Below, one piece after another: positions 13,938-26,100 of a stretch of DNA of 64,000 bases. Numbering within the stretch: position 1 is the first letter of the stretch; each line of letters begins with the position of its first letter. A model generated the notes under the pieces. That model was not told the origin of the DNA, ran no database searches, and saw only the letters and a program-made list of their open reading frames with translations. Source of the stretch: Rhynchopus sp. YZ270_cl-10 (taxonomy: Eukaryota); contig OZ037845.1 of the NCBI GenBank assembly GCA_964035575.1, positions 124,001-188,000 on the forward strand, given 5' to 3'. The position numbers and the translations under genes are program-made.

Positions 13938-14797
13938 GGAGATCCGGGGTGCCCGCAACAATCCCCTTCACAAAAAAAAATCACAAAACTCTCAAAACTC
14001 TCAAAAAAAAAAAGAGGTGATTTTTTTTCACGGCGTACGAAAGCGCTTGAAGCGTTTTTTTTTCCGGGGGAAAAAAAAAGCACTTTTCGCTTGATGAAAA
14101 AAAAAAAGCGCTTTTTTTTTTTTGTGTGGGGTTTTTGGTAAGGTGTACCTGTTCTCATGATTTTTTGATATGTTGGTTGTTTTTTTGTGTTGGGGTCAGC
14201 CCCGCCGCCAGGATTTTTGAGTTTTGAAAAACTTCTGGATGGTCCCAAAAAAAACCCCCTGCAATCGTAGCCTCCGGGGAAGAGACGAATGTTACCCAAG
14301 CACAGTCAGAGTTCCTCCGAATCAGCGACATTCGCTCCTTCTCACTTCCCACCGGGCTGTTGTGCAGGAGGCATGTACATTGTACTCTTCCGTGGCCGGT
14401 ACAGGTGGCCGTCCACAAGCCGCAGTGTATGTCAGCCTTCTTCTCAGTAAACAGCGGTCATGGCACCCAAAGGTTTCTGGCGAAGCCACGGTACGCAACA
14501 TTTCTAAAAAAGTTGCCATAAAAATGGCACTGCGTTTGTAATTATTGTCAGAAAAATGCCCACAGCGGGAAATCGGCGACTCGATAAATTTGGTTTGGGT
14601 CACTTGGAGTGTGGACTTAAACCCCCTTAACAAACCCCTTCAGGAAAAAAAAGCGCTTTTTCCTAAAAATTCAAGCGCTTTTTTTTTTGAAAATTTCTCA
14701 AAAAACTCCTCGAAGCGCTTTCGTACGCCGTGTTTTTTGATTTTTTTTGTGATTTTTTTGTGTGAACATTGTGGCGCAGTGGACAACCCAGATCTCC
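13938..14797. mobile_element. Degenerate non-autonomous TIR element
   Basis: Termini GGAGATC...GATCTCC. Inverted CACGGCGTACGAAAGCGCTT blocks. Near-identical 7-bp flanks ATGATGG/ACGATGG. Confidence 0.55.
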
Positions 14798-15070
14798 ACG
14801 ATGGACTTCTTTTTTTTAGGGATCTTGTGTCACGGTCTCCCCCCAAACTTAAAATTTATGTGGCAGGTGAATGAAGTTGCGACACTTTTTTTTTTTACAG
14901 GAAACACAAAAAAAAGGGTAAATTGCGATAACACGTATACTTTTTGTGTACGTGTTATCGCAAATGGAAACAAAAAGTATACGTGTTATCGCAATTTGCC
15001 CAAAAAAAAAATCGAGAAATAGGCTAAGTTCCGTTAGCGTTGTGGGATGGGGCGGGGGGGGGGGGGGGTA

Positions 15071-16258
15071 GGGGATACGACTCCAGCCATTTTGGCTGGG
15101 ACCAAACGCACGGAAAATTCATTTGGCATTATCTGGCCATCTCCAAGGCAACTGCGGGTGAAAAACACCCTCAGAGTGGGTCACAGGGGGCCTGTGGGTC
15201 GAAAAACGACCCAGAAGCCACCCCAGAATACAAAAAAATGGAAAAAAATAGTGAAAAAACGGCTTTTTTCACGTTTTGGCCACTTTGGGCAAAATAGCGA
15301 TTTTTCGAGAAAAAAATCAAAAACCGGGATATTTTTTGACATCACAAAGCCTCCTTTGGCACAAATATACCCCAAAAGTGGCCTGTGAGTCCATTCCAAC
15401 CTGTTTTGGACATATTTGACACTTTTGGAAGTGTTTTTTTGGTGTTTTTAGGTCAAAAAAATGCCCAAGACGTCCCCAAGACATCCCCAAGACACTTTGC
15501 ACACCCCCTGTTACGGTCATATTTTTTTCGTTTTTTTGCCTGAAACCCCCAAAATACCCCTCCCGGACCCCACATAGTCCCGAATATCCATCACACACCC
15601 ACTCAGAGTGAGTAGAAGCACCCCAAAAAAAATATTTTTTAAAGCCCTAAAATTGTGCTTCAGTTTCGGCAGCATCCATGTTGAAGTTGAAGGGCTTTAA
15701 AAAATATTTTTTTTGGGGTGCTTCTACTCACTCTGAGTGGGTGTGTGATGGATATTCGGGACTATGTGGGGTCCGGGAGGGGTATTTTGGGGGTTTCAGG
15801 CAAAAAAACGAAAAAAATATGACCGTAACAGGGGGTGTGCAAAGTGTCTTGGGGATGTCTTGGGGACGTCTTGGGCATTTTTTTGACCTAAAAACACCAA
15901 AAAAACACTTCCAAAAGTGTCAAATATGTCCAAAACAGGTTGGAATGGACTCACAGGCCACTTTTGGGGTATATTTGTGCCAAAGGAGGCTTTGTGATGT
16001 CAAAAAATATCCCGGTTTTTGATTTTTTTCTCGAAAAATCGCTATTTTGCCCAAAGTGGCCAAAACGTGAAAAAAGCCGTTTTTTCACTATTTTTTTCCA
16101 TTTTTTTGTATTCTGGGGTGGCTTCTGGGTCGTTTTTCGACCCACAGGCCCCCTGTGACCCACTCTGAGGGTGTTTTTCACCCGCAGTTGCCTTGGAGAT
16201 GACCAGATAATGCCAAATGAATTTTCCGTGCGCAAAAAATGGCTGGAGTCGTACCCCC
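15071..16258. mobile_element. Foldback-type non-autonomous DNA transposon (~570-bp near-perfect inverted arms, 42-bp spacer)
   Basis: Arms 15071-15648 and 15691-16258. The ORF track shows identical peptides on opposite strands. TA on both sides within a poly-G tract. Confidence 0.9.
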
Positions 16259-17216
16259 TAGGGGGGGGGGGAACAGTAAACGAGCAAACGAGAGTATACA
16301 GAACGAAAAAGAAATTGTCAATTTGAACCTGAGTAAAAGGTAACCCCTCAAAAACAGTGGGGGGCGAGGTGTTCTTAAAAGGACACCAGTGTTTATTGGG
16401 ATAGCAACAACAAAACAATAGATTTTTTTTTGACGGCAACCCTTCAATTCAATTCAGGTCTTTTTTTGTTTTTGATAACCTTCTTTACAACTGTGCAAAG
16501 CAACACGTGAACACAAAGCAACCTCCGTGCCTATGTACGTGCAACTTCATTAATTTTATTTTTGCACGAAAAAACTACTTTGAATAATCTGATGATTCAG
16601 TGTAACCGCCGTAGACAGTCTTCACTGGAATCTTTTTATTTTGCACTTCATGACGAAAAATCGTGCAGCAAAACTGGGGGGGAGAAAGGTGGCTTTGGTA
16701 CATCCAAAACAAAAGCTTTGAAAAGCACCGATACCTTGGGTAAGACAAGAGGGTTGCGTCTGTTATAGATTTCTTAACAATGCAGATGTACAAGACAGGT
16801 GTGGGCACCTGGTCTTTTGACTGTGGAATCTGGGTTGGCTGATAGGTGAAAGATGGGTATCCGGGTTCACCATGAAATGTCCATGTGCACAGCACTTTGC
16901 TTAGTCGTACCGACTAAACATAACCCACACAATCATCACCCAAAAAAAGACAAAGGACGAGGATGCTTTACAGACGGAACACCTCAGGTGCAGGGATGTG
17001 ACATTAGGAACTCTGACCGTATTTTTTTTCTTTTTCTTATTTTTTTTTGCCTTGTTTAAAAACGTTGCACTCTTCAGTGGTTTCAAAAAGCAAGGGCTGG
17101 TTGTGCAGCGTGTTGCGGTGCAGGCACACATAAGTGGGTCCATTATTTTGGTTTTGTTTTGTTGAACAAAAAAAGACGTTCACGACGTGAGCCTTAGGAG
17201 ACGACTCCAGAGAAAG

Positions 17217-17252
<36 letters not shown>

Positions 17253-18043
17253 AATAATTGATGACGTGTAGACACCGCTTTTTTTCGTGTGAACTCCACG
17301 CAAGTTTTTTTTTTTTTTGTTCGTTCTTCTGAGACACACACCACATCTCGGTTGTTAATGATCACACAGCACCACAGCAGAGCTGTGGTGCTAAAATTAG
17401 CTACAAAGCAGACACATTCGTCATATACCTTCAACCCACTGGACACTAAGACACAAAGCATGGCAGGGTGTACACATCCCAAAGCAATAGAACTTGGAAA
17501 AAGAAATACTGGGGAAAAAAAGGGTTGAAAATGAAAACGCCTCACCGCTCATCGGTAGACGGCACTGAACCCCAGAGCACTTTTAAAAAAAAATGAATAA
17601 ATTGTCCAACGAGAGTCCACAAATATTTGAACGAGCAGCAGATTCCTTTAGGAGTAAACGGCTTTTTGATTGGGAAGAGAAAAAAAAACGATATTACAGG
17701 CGCAGTTTTGCACGCTTTTTGATGGGGGGGGTGGGAGGGTGAATTGGGGGAAACCCAAAAATGAAAAAATGTTAGAAACGGACCGGAAGGAAGAAACGCA
17801 TAGAAAAAACTGAAAATGGGGAAGTGGAGGGATCAGGGGGGACGTGTGCAGACAGAGGTCAGTGGGACTATATATATAAAAAAGGCTACAAATGTGGAGA
17901 TCACGTAGGTGGTGTCTACGTACCCATTACCCTCAGAGTAAAAACAATGTTCGGGTGGAAAAAACTTTTTTGCCTTTAATAAAAAACTTGAAAAGTTAGT
18001 AAGAACCCAAGCCCTAATGTGTTACACCGAAAATGAAAAGGCA

Positions 18044-18701
18044 CACCATGGACTCGTAATGACATTACGTGACGAGGGACGAGGGAAATTACGTGGGAAA
18101 TTACGCGCGCAATGACGTCGTCACGACGCGGGCACCCCCTCGTAATGACGACGTCATGACGTGAGGTTTCCCTCGTCACGACGACGGCATTACGACGTCA
18201 TGACGAGGGGTGCCCTCGTAATTACGAGGGGTGCTCCCGTGGTCATTGTCTGGCTATTGCCTCCCAGGGAAAGGGACTCTCGAATTTTTTTTTTTGGCCC
18301 CTATATAGGGCTAATTTCGACGATTTGAGGCCATTAAAAGCAAAATTTGGCACTTTTAAGCATCTGTGGGGGTCTAATGACCGTATTTTGGCTGAAATTT
18401 GACTTGACATTTTTTTTCACCATTTGGTCAATCTGAGGTTTTCTTTGGATTTTTTGGGCCACTTTATGACCTACCACGCCCGATTTTTGAAAAAAAAATT
18501 TTTTTTTTATTGGTCAAAAATCGCCTTGTCGTGGGTGCCCACGTCATGACGACGTCGTGACGTGGTAATTACGAGGGGGTGCCCTCGTAATTACCTCGTC
18601 ATGACGAGGGCACCCCCTCGTAATTACGAGGGGGTGCCCTCGTCAAGGCACTCGTAATTACCTCGTCATGACGCGCGTAATGTCATTACGAGTCCATGGT
18701 G
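18044..18701. mobile_element. CACC-terminal TIR element with subterminal palindromic repeats (CMC/CACTA-like, non-autonomous)
   Basis: 26-bp perfect TIR CACCATGGACTCGTAATGACATTACG. 2-bp CA flanks. Many CTCGTAATTACGAG / ACGTCATGACG subrepeats. Confidence 0.8.
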
Positions 18702-18829
18702 CAAAACTTCAAAAGCGATGAAACGCTAAAGGACTAAAAAACGAACTCTCTGTGGCGCATATCCACTGTGCAACAATGCAAGAAGAGAGTACCAGATGCC
18801 TTCAAGCCGACAGCATCCTTTTACACTCC

Positions 18830-20936
18830 TTAGAACCCTTCTTCTTCGACGTCTGTAATTTGTGTGTGTGGAAACAACGTGGAAAAAAAAATACTCGTGT
18901 TATCAATAGTGGTCAACAGCGTAACATGTTGTATTTCACCTTGATCACAATCGCTATCGTAGGGCACGAGCTGTACGCAAATGTAATGGATGGGCATACC
19001 GTCAGAATCCCAATCCTCGGCCACTACAAGGTTGTTGGTGGAGCGATTTATATCAACCACTTCGACATCCTTAGCAGCGTCGCCTCTGTTTGTCTCTCGT
19101 CTGCGGGGATCACGTGCAATGTCGTACAAAGTGACCTGTGTGTGTATGGTGTGTGGTGTGTGGTGAACATGATGGGTTGGTGGTGAATTGTGCACATTTC
19201 CCACTGGGAAGGGCGACGAGGAGTAGAACGTAGGAGAGCTAAAAACAATCAACAAAGTTGTCCAAAGGATTTGTTTTGTGCGTTCATTTGCTGTGTTTGG
19301 GTGTGCGTGACATACCTCGTACTGGTTCCCCTGGATAATCTGGAACCGTTCCTTCGACTTCTCCATGAACTCGCACAGGATGTCGGCACCCTCCATCTCG
19401 CCTTCTTCGTCAGGGCCTATTTCGTAGATGCTGCCTCTGTCTGCGTCGAACTTCAGACTCAACTCAATCTGCGAAGTGGGAAGTGGGAAGTGGGAAGAGA
19501 AGGTTGCAAAGCCATACCGTTTCGACTGGGTGTCCCTTCACAATGCGCACATCACGGAGCAGCTCGTGGCAGAGGATCTGGTCTACAGTTGCGCGCTCTT
19601 GCGGGTCTTTTTGCAGCATTTTGCGCATGAGATCATTGAGCAGGTCTGACTCGTGGTTGAAGAGGATATCTGTGTTCTGGATGCTGACGCCAAGGTCCTG
19701 CACGTTTGTTCCCTTGAAGCTCGGCAGCTCTCCCATGGCCATTGCGTACAGCGTGATGCCAAAGCTCCACACGTCGCCGGAGGGTCCCTCCACAGCAGCG
19801 CACCCACTGCCGAACTGCTCAGGGGGCATGAAGAACGGGCTCCCTGCAAAGCCCTCGACCATGAGGCCCTCGACACCTTCGGCAGCAAAGGCGGAGACAC
19901 CAAAGTCGGCGAGCTTGACGTTGTCCTTCTTGTCGAGCAGGATGTTGTCCGGCTTGATGTCCCTGTGCACAATGTGCTTCTCGTGCAGGAACTGCAGTCC
20001 GTTCGTGATGCCCACAATGTAGCGTTTCAGCTTGCGCAGCGGGATTGGCTTCTGCGGGTATGTGCTCGGGTAGATCTGCCCCTCAAGGTGCTCCATGATG
20101 ATCATGATCTCAGACTCGCTCTCCATCGTGCCGTAGATCTGGATGATGTTCGGGTGCTGCAGCTGCTTCATGATTGTGATCTCGTCGCGGATCTTCTTGA
20201 TGCCCTCCTTGTTGTCCGCGTTGGGGTTCCCGGACATTATCTTCTTCGAGAGCTTATCCTTGGAGAGGAACTTGATGGCGTAGTTTTGGTTGCTTTTGTT
20301 GTGCACGCAGAGACGCACCTTGCCGTAGCTGCCTTGCCCGATGGTGCGGATGATGCGGTACTCGTTGAGCGCAAAGGAGCCATCTGAGTCACGCCCCTTC
20401 AGCAGGCCCTGCGCCTCTTCAATCTCCTTCTTAAACTGCGGGTTCGACGGCAGACCAACACATTCGAAGCATTTGAAGCCGCTTTTCCGCTGATCCCCAG
20501 GACGATCGTCACGTCCACAGACACTACAGGCACGCGCCGAGATGACCTTCTTTGCTCTGTTAGCTCCGGTAGAGGCAGAGCGGACGTGGCTGTTGGGTGA
20601 GATGGGCGAGAGGGAGTGGTCGCTGATGGAGAGGTTCTTTGTGAGGGACGCGTCGGAGCTGAGCGGGGCAAGGGGAATGGCGGTGTCGGGGATGGCGGTG
20701 TCGGCAGGCGAGGCGAGACGCTCTTGGAGGTACGTGCGGCAGTCGTCGTCGCCCACCACCTTGCGCTGCACGACGTCCCGCAGGAGCTCGCCCATGAGCG
20801 CAGGCACCTCACGCATGCTCATCAGCTTCGCTGCAATGAACACCAACGGGTCGTCCGGACGCTCTGCCAACGCCTCACCTACCAACGTCTCCAACACGAT
20901 ATGCAAGTCATGCTTCATAATATACCCCCTGGACAT
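18830..20936 (-). CDS. Ser/Thr protein kinase (CAMKK-like) with N-terminal Dpy-30/RIIa-like docking motif and CxxC-CxxC module; exons 20936-19518, 19468-19316, 19135-19000, 18852-18830
   Basis: Kinase motifs GQGSYGKV, AIK, HRDIKPDN, DFG, GSPFFMPPE, DVWSFG. N-terminal LETLVGEALAERPDDPLVFIA. CSVC...CFEC. Three GTATG...CAG introns. Confidence 0.88.
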
Positions 20937-21224
20937 TTGAGGGGCACAACCCTTCAAAAAGAACGGGTCGGGTGAAACCCCAAACGAATGTGTTAAAAAA
21001 AATGTACCCCGAATAGGGTGGGGAATGTGTGGGCGTGGAGGGGGGTGGGGGATGTGTTCTGTGGAAAGTGTGGAAGAGAGAGAGAAGGGAATTGTGGACG
21101 GTGAGTGAAATGTGTTGGCGGTGCAACATTTGTGCTGGCGTGGACTGAGACACAGGAAAAAATAAAACAACCCCCACCTTTCTTCTATAATCTACGTACA
21201 TGCTAATACCCCATCCCCATATTC

Positions 21225-22322
21225 TCACAAATCACCAGACGAGACGTGCACCGCACCACGCAAGGGTGCTGTGCTCAGGAGCGCACCGACCAGACCCTTC
21301 CCATGTGACAGCGAGACATCACTTGGCAGAAATGTATGTGGTGCAGGCTTCTCTGTGGCCACAGGTGGTGTCGCCACGGCGGGTATCTCCTTAGCAGGCA
21401 CTGCCGCTGACACCTCTCCTGCCGCCACCACATCCACAGGTCCACCGGGGCTGCCTTCATCCTCCACAAACGTACTGCTCTGCACCGACGGCGGTGTTAG
21501 TGGCATGACACCGTCTGCATCACCTTCCGGAAGTGAGCGTGCCCCCACACCCACACCTGCAGAGGACTCTGTCTGCCACACAGGCTGCCACACATCACGC
21601 ATGCAGGAAGGGATGTAAGCAGGGGACGGTGACGGGGATGCTCCTGCCCCTGAAGGAGGCGTCGCGAAGAACGGCAGGGCCGACGCTGGGGAGAAGCTTG
21701 GCGGTGCTGCGGACGCGGCAGGCAAGACGCGTGGCGGTGTAGCGGCAGGCGACGTTGCTGCAGCCGGCTTTGCTTTCTGCGCTTTCGCTGCCTTCTTGGG
21801 TGCCGCCTTCGGCTTCCTCTGCAGTGTTGTAGATGTCTTCGCACTGCTACCCCTGAGAGTGAGAGGCCGTGCCGCAGACACAAAATACTTATGGCATTTC
21901 CCAAACCGCTCTGCCACCTCCCCATCCGACATTCCCTGTGGCACGCACCCCACCCGCACCACGTCGTCCCCAAGGTACTCCTCGTGCAGCCCAAAGGAGG
22001 ACGGCAGGGTCTTCGTGTACGCTGTGCTCTTGCATGTGAAGCGCAGGGAGACGCTTCGTGTGGCGCTGGTGGCCGCTGCAGTGGCAAGGGCGGCAAGGGT
22101 GTCCAACATCACGCCTTCGAGTGTACTGCGTGCTGTCTGCTCTGTGCACGTGAACAGGTGCAGGAGAGGGGACAAGGAGGAGGGACCTTGCGGTGTCGGT
22201 GTGCGTCGGTCCGTGTCTGGTGCAGACGAGCGTGTGAGCACACCCAGCAGCGAACGGCTCAGCGCCAGGTTCTCTTCTTCCAAACGCTGTAGGGTGCACA
22301 GCGGGCTCTCAGGTGCGGCCAT
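21225..22322 (-). CDS. Hypothetical protein, A/P/S-rich C-terminal half
   Basis: 365-aa GC-rich ORF on the gene-bearing strand. Confidence 0.6.
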   Translation of the reverse strand: MAAPESPLCTLQRLEEENLALSRSLLGVLTRSSAPDTDRRTPTPQGPSSLSPLLHLFTCTEQTARSTLEGVMLDTLAALATAAATSATRSVSLRFTCKSTAYTKTLPSSFGLHEEYLGDDVVRVGCVPQGMSDGEVAERFGKCHKYFVSAARPLTLRGSSAKTSTTLQRKPKAAPKKAAKAQKAKPAAATSPAATPPRVLPAASAAPPSFSPASALPFFATPPSGAGASPSPSPAYIPSCMRDVWQPVWQTESSAGVGVGARSLPEGDADGVMPLTPPSVQSSTFVEDEGSPGGPVDVVAAGEVSAAVPAKEIPAVATPPVATEKPAPHTFLPSDVSLSHGKGLVGALLSTAPLRGAVHVSSGDL

Positions 22323-22539
22323 CTTTGTGCCTTTTTTTTACATCCAACAGTGAGGTTGATGTGAGCACCTGCAAGAGGGGTGAGGGGGTGGGGAGAGTTG
22401 GGGGAGGGGGTCGAAAGGTGTACTAAAACCGTGATGCGGGATTTTTTTTTTCCTTCGTTTTTTCGCTCTCTGTGGTGTGACTGAGTCCAAAGAAAGGTCA
22501 CCTTGTCAGGACTTTGTCATTATGAGATAGAAAAAGAAA

Positions 22540-24770
22540 GAGAAAAGTTCGATTTCGGCCTCGAAAATTACCGTGACACCGATTTGTCACGGAATTTTGT
22601 CACGGAATTTTTTTGAAAGATTCGATTTCGTGACAAAAAAAAATCGATTTCGTGACAAACCAATTTTTTCATTGACACACAAAATTCGATTTCGTGACAA
22701 ACCGATTTTTTCATTGACAAAAAAAAATTCGATTTCGTGACAAATCCAAAAATTCAGTGACAAAAAAATGTCAATGAAAAAATGGATTTTGTCAAGGAAA
22801 CCGAACTTTTTGTCACGGAAAAAGTCGTGACAGAAATGGATTTTGTCAAGGAAACCAAACTTTTTGTCACGGAAAAAGTCGTGACAGGGCACTGGGTACT
22901 GGGTACACTGGATACAAGGATAAAAGTCGTGAAAGAGCAACCACAGCTCCACATGACAAACACAAAAGTGTCCAGTCACGTGGGGCATTCATGCACTGAG
23001 GAGATAATGATCCAACAATTTACAAGAAAGATTACTTAACCTACTGCTGGAAATTGCCAGGTCGTAGTAACACACAAAGTGTGCCTCCGTTCGGGAAGAC
23101 CGGATATTCTAGAGACCAAAAAGGCCTCAAGAATATCTTCCGGTAGTCAAGGTATAACCGAATGAACGGCCCAAGACCCCCGTGGAGAAGTTAAATGTGT
23201 AATGCTATCAGGTAGAAACTGCGAACACTGTCTTACCCTCCTCAATGCATGGTGGAAGATGTCTTTGACAACAAATATCCTGTACCCAGGTACCAGGTTC
23301 CCAGACCCACGTAGTACCACGTCGCAGTACTACGCAAAATTTACCACCAGACCCTGTCTTCGTGCACCTTAAGTACAACGCCGCAGACAGGCCAAACATG
23401 CGTTGGACTCAGAGGAATGCCTGCTGTGCAGTGTATCAAACATGAGAACCAACTCCCAGCAACAAGGGGCGCCTTTTGGCGGGCGTTGTTGAGGGTGTTT
23501 GGGGTGCAAAGTTTTCCACAATTTTGATGCGCGGGTACAGAAGTGTTATCTTGTTCTTTCATCTCTAGGAATGTAAATGTCAATCGCGTTTAACTACCAC
23601 TAGGGCTTGTTCAGTGAACCCACGAGGGGTCGAAGGGGGTTGGTTATCCCATATCTATCAAAGGTTGTGTCGACCAGGCGAATCCACTATGTTACGCTGT
23701 ATGATGATAAATCCGAAGAAATAACAGTGCATAGCAACTGCAGGAAGTTTGTTAAAAAGAGTGCCTCACGCTACACAAACCACCACCCGCGATTGACTTA
23801 GATGTTATAACAAAGAGAATTCAGAACAAAACAACACCCTGCCCCACACTAAATTGTCATGCTTCAAGAGCATGCCTGGGCCAAAATTACTATGACGAAA
23901 AGGCAACAAGACCACCCACAAGGAGTGTGAATTGTGCACTGGTTTTCTGGGGGAACAAACAATATTTTCTTGTGTCTAGTCCTCCGGAAGCAGAGGACAG
24001 ACTTTCCGGAAGGTTTCCAAAGTCGAATTTCTTGCACTAGCTATGCTCCCTGGTTAATGGCTATAGCAGTGACTGACAAAGTGTTCCCACCCCCCTTTCC
24101 ACCACCATAATAACCGAACTCTGCTTATCAAACCACAATCTGAATCTGCTTCCGTCGCATGCGCTGGTGGATTCGATCTGTTTTGGTGTGTGCAATGGAA
24201 TGTATGGGTGAGGGTTGGGGTATTAGGTATAGAAACGTGCGCACCCATTAATTTTTTACCGAATGAAAATGAAATCTGCAATGAGTGTCTGCTGCATATC
24301 ATTTAGTGGGGCTGGCCTCTGGCCAGAGGCGTGCAAGCCTGACCGTGTTCGCGATATACTAAGTCTTGCATAATCATAAAGTTATCATACCTTGTGTCTT
24401 CAGTCTCTGCCCTTCGGTTTCTAGACAGCTCAAGAATGGCCTCTTTTGTGTTTGTCAAGTGGCTGTCTGGTCACTTTTCAGTGACTGGCGGGTTGGCTGT
24501 CACGACTTTTTCCTTGACAAATTCCATTTTTTTCAATGACATTTTTTTGTCAATGAAAAAATGGATTTGTCACGAAATCGAATTTTTTTTTGTCAATGAA
24601 AAAAGTCATTTGTCACTAAATTGAATTTTGTGTGTCAATGAAAAAATCGGCTTGTCACGAAATCGATTTTTTTTTGTCACGAAATCGAATCTTTCAAAAA
24701 AATTCCGTGACAAAGTACCGTGACAAATCGGTGTCACGGGTATTTTCGAGGCCGAAATCGAACTTTTCTC
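22540..24770. mobile_element. Mutator/MULE-like element with long repeat-rich TIRs; internal region degenerate
   Basis: Termini GAGAAAAGTTCGATTTCGGCCTCGAAAAT...ATTTTCGAGGCCGAAATCGAACTTTTCTC. Perfect 9-bp TSD AAAAAGAAA (22531-22539 and 24771-24779). TGACA/TGTCA subrepeats. No intact transposase ORF. Confidence 0.88.
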
Positions 24771-26100
24771 AAAAAGAAACAATGTGAAATATTCGCAAAA
24801 AAGAAAAAAGAAAAAACGTGAAACATGAATATGCCTTTCGTGCACAAAAAGAGTTGAGATGTGTCAAATCATTTCGCTCTGAGCAATAGAGAGCAAGGGG
24901 TTGGAGTGTAAAGGTCTCTGGACGCAGCCAAGAGAAGAACATCAATGAGTTGTTTCAACTCGTTTCAGGAAACTTGAATGATGCCCCGTGAGCATTGAAG
25001 TAAGAAGAGAGGGAGCGGAGGGGTTACCCGTGGTGCCGTACACGGCGACTTGTTGTTACCTTTTTAATAATTATCGGTTTCTAATCACACTATCGTGTAC
25101 GGGTGTCAAAAGAATATTACATAAAAAAATGGTGCTGTACGTTTAGTATCCGCGAGAAAAACGCCAAGATACCAATGAAAAATTAAGTTGGGTACAAAAT
25201 ATAACCCCGCATGTTTCGTGTGAACGAAACGTTGTGTTACCGTGGCAAACCCATCTTCCCTTGATGCCAAGCCGAGAAGAAGCCATTGTGTCTCCCTCAG
25301 GGCTCTCTATGAGCAACGTTTGGAAGACAGTTCGAAATGAAAAGTCATGAACGCAGGGTGGGAACGCAAACAAAGTATTTCAACATATGCAATCAATAAA
25401 TTGATAGCATAGGGGCAAACAAAGAAAGGTTTATAAGATGATCCCATGCCTCTCGCTTGTTAGGAAACAAAAGGTATGGAAACTCACACACGAAGCACAC
25501 ACCTTGCGTATATCTTGGGGCAAGAAAACTTGAAAGCCGACAACGTCAGCATCAATGACTGTGTGGCACGTACAACGTGGAAAGGAAACTTTTAAAAAGA
25601 TACGCTGAAAGAAAAATTGCAAAATGAATGTACATCATCAGAAAACAGAAGTAAAAACAGAGAGGGAAATAATCAAAGGACTTCAAATCGTAATAAAAAT
25701 GGTTGTTATTGATGCAGGCACCTCCGACTGACCCACGTACGATGCCGGCCATCTACGTTCCCTGCGGCCTACAACAGAAGGTGTAAAACAAAACAGGTTG
25801 CTCGTACCGTGAAGGGGGGCGGTACAACTGCTCGTGAGCCGGTGGAGCGACCCTTTCTCTTGGGGATTTGCATGGACGTCCATACAGGCGGCACACCGTA
25901 ACCCCAAGGTGTGGCAGAGCAAGCTCTGGCCTGACAGTCAGTTGGTCGCTGTTTCCTGCTCCGAGCGCAAACACTCTTCATAGCATGGGGAAGCCATTTA
26001 TATACCCTAGCCAGGGTTAAACTTGCATTTAGTAGGGGCAGGGATGTTCACCTCCCTTGAGGACAAAAATATGGGTCGCCCTTTTCGGGTGTGCATTCCT

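Noticed and set aside
18971..18999. Alternative 29-nt third kinase intron
   Set aside because: Very short and gives an early stop. The 147-nt intron with a CA-rich acceptor yields a more coherent acidic C-terminus. Not excluded without RNA data.
22560..22890. Repeated ~30-50-bp units resembling a CRISPR array
   Set aside because: They are subterminal repeats mirrored in the opposite TIR. No unique spacers, no cas genes, and eukaryotic context.
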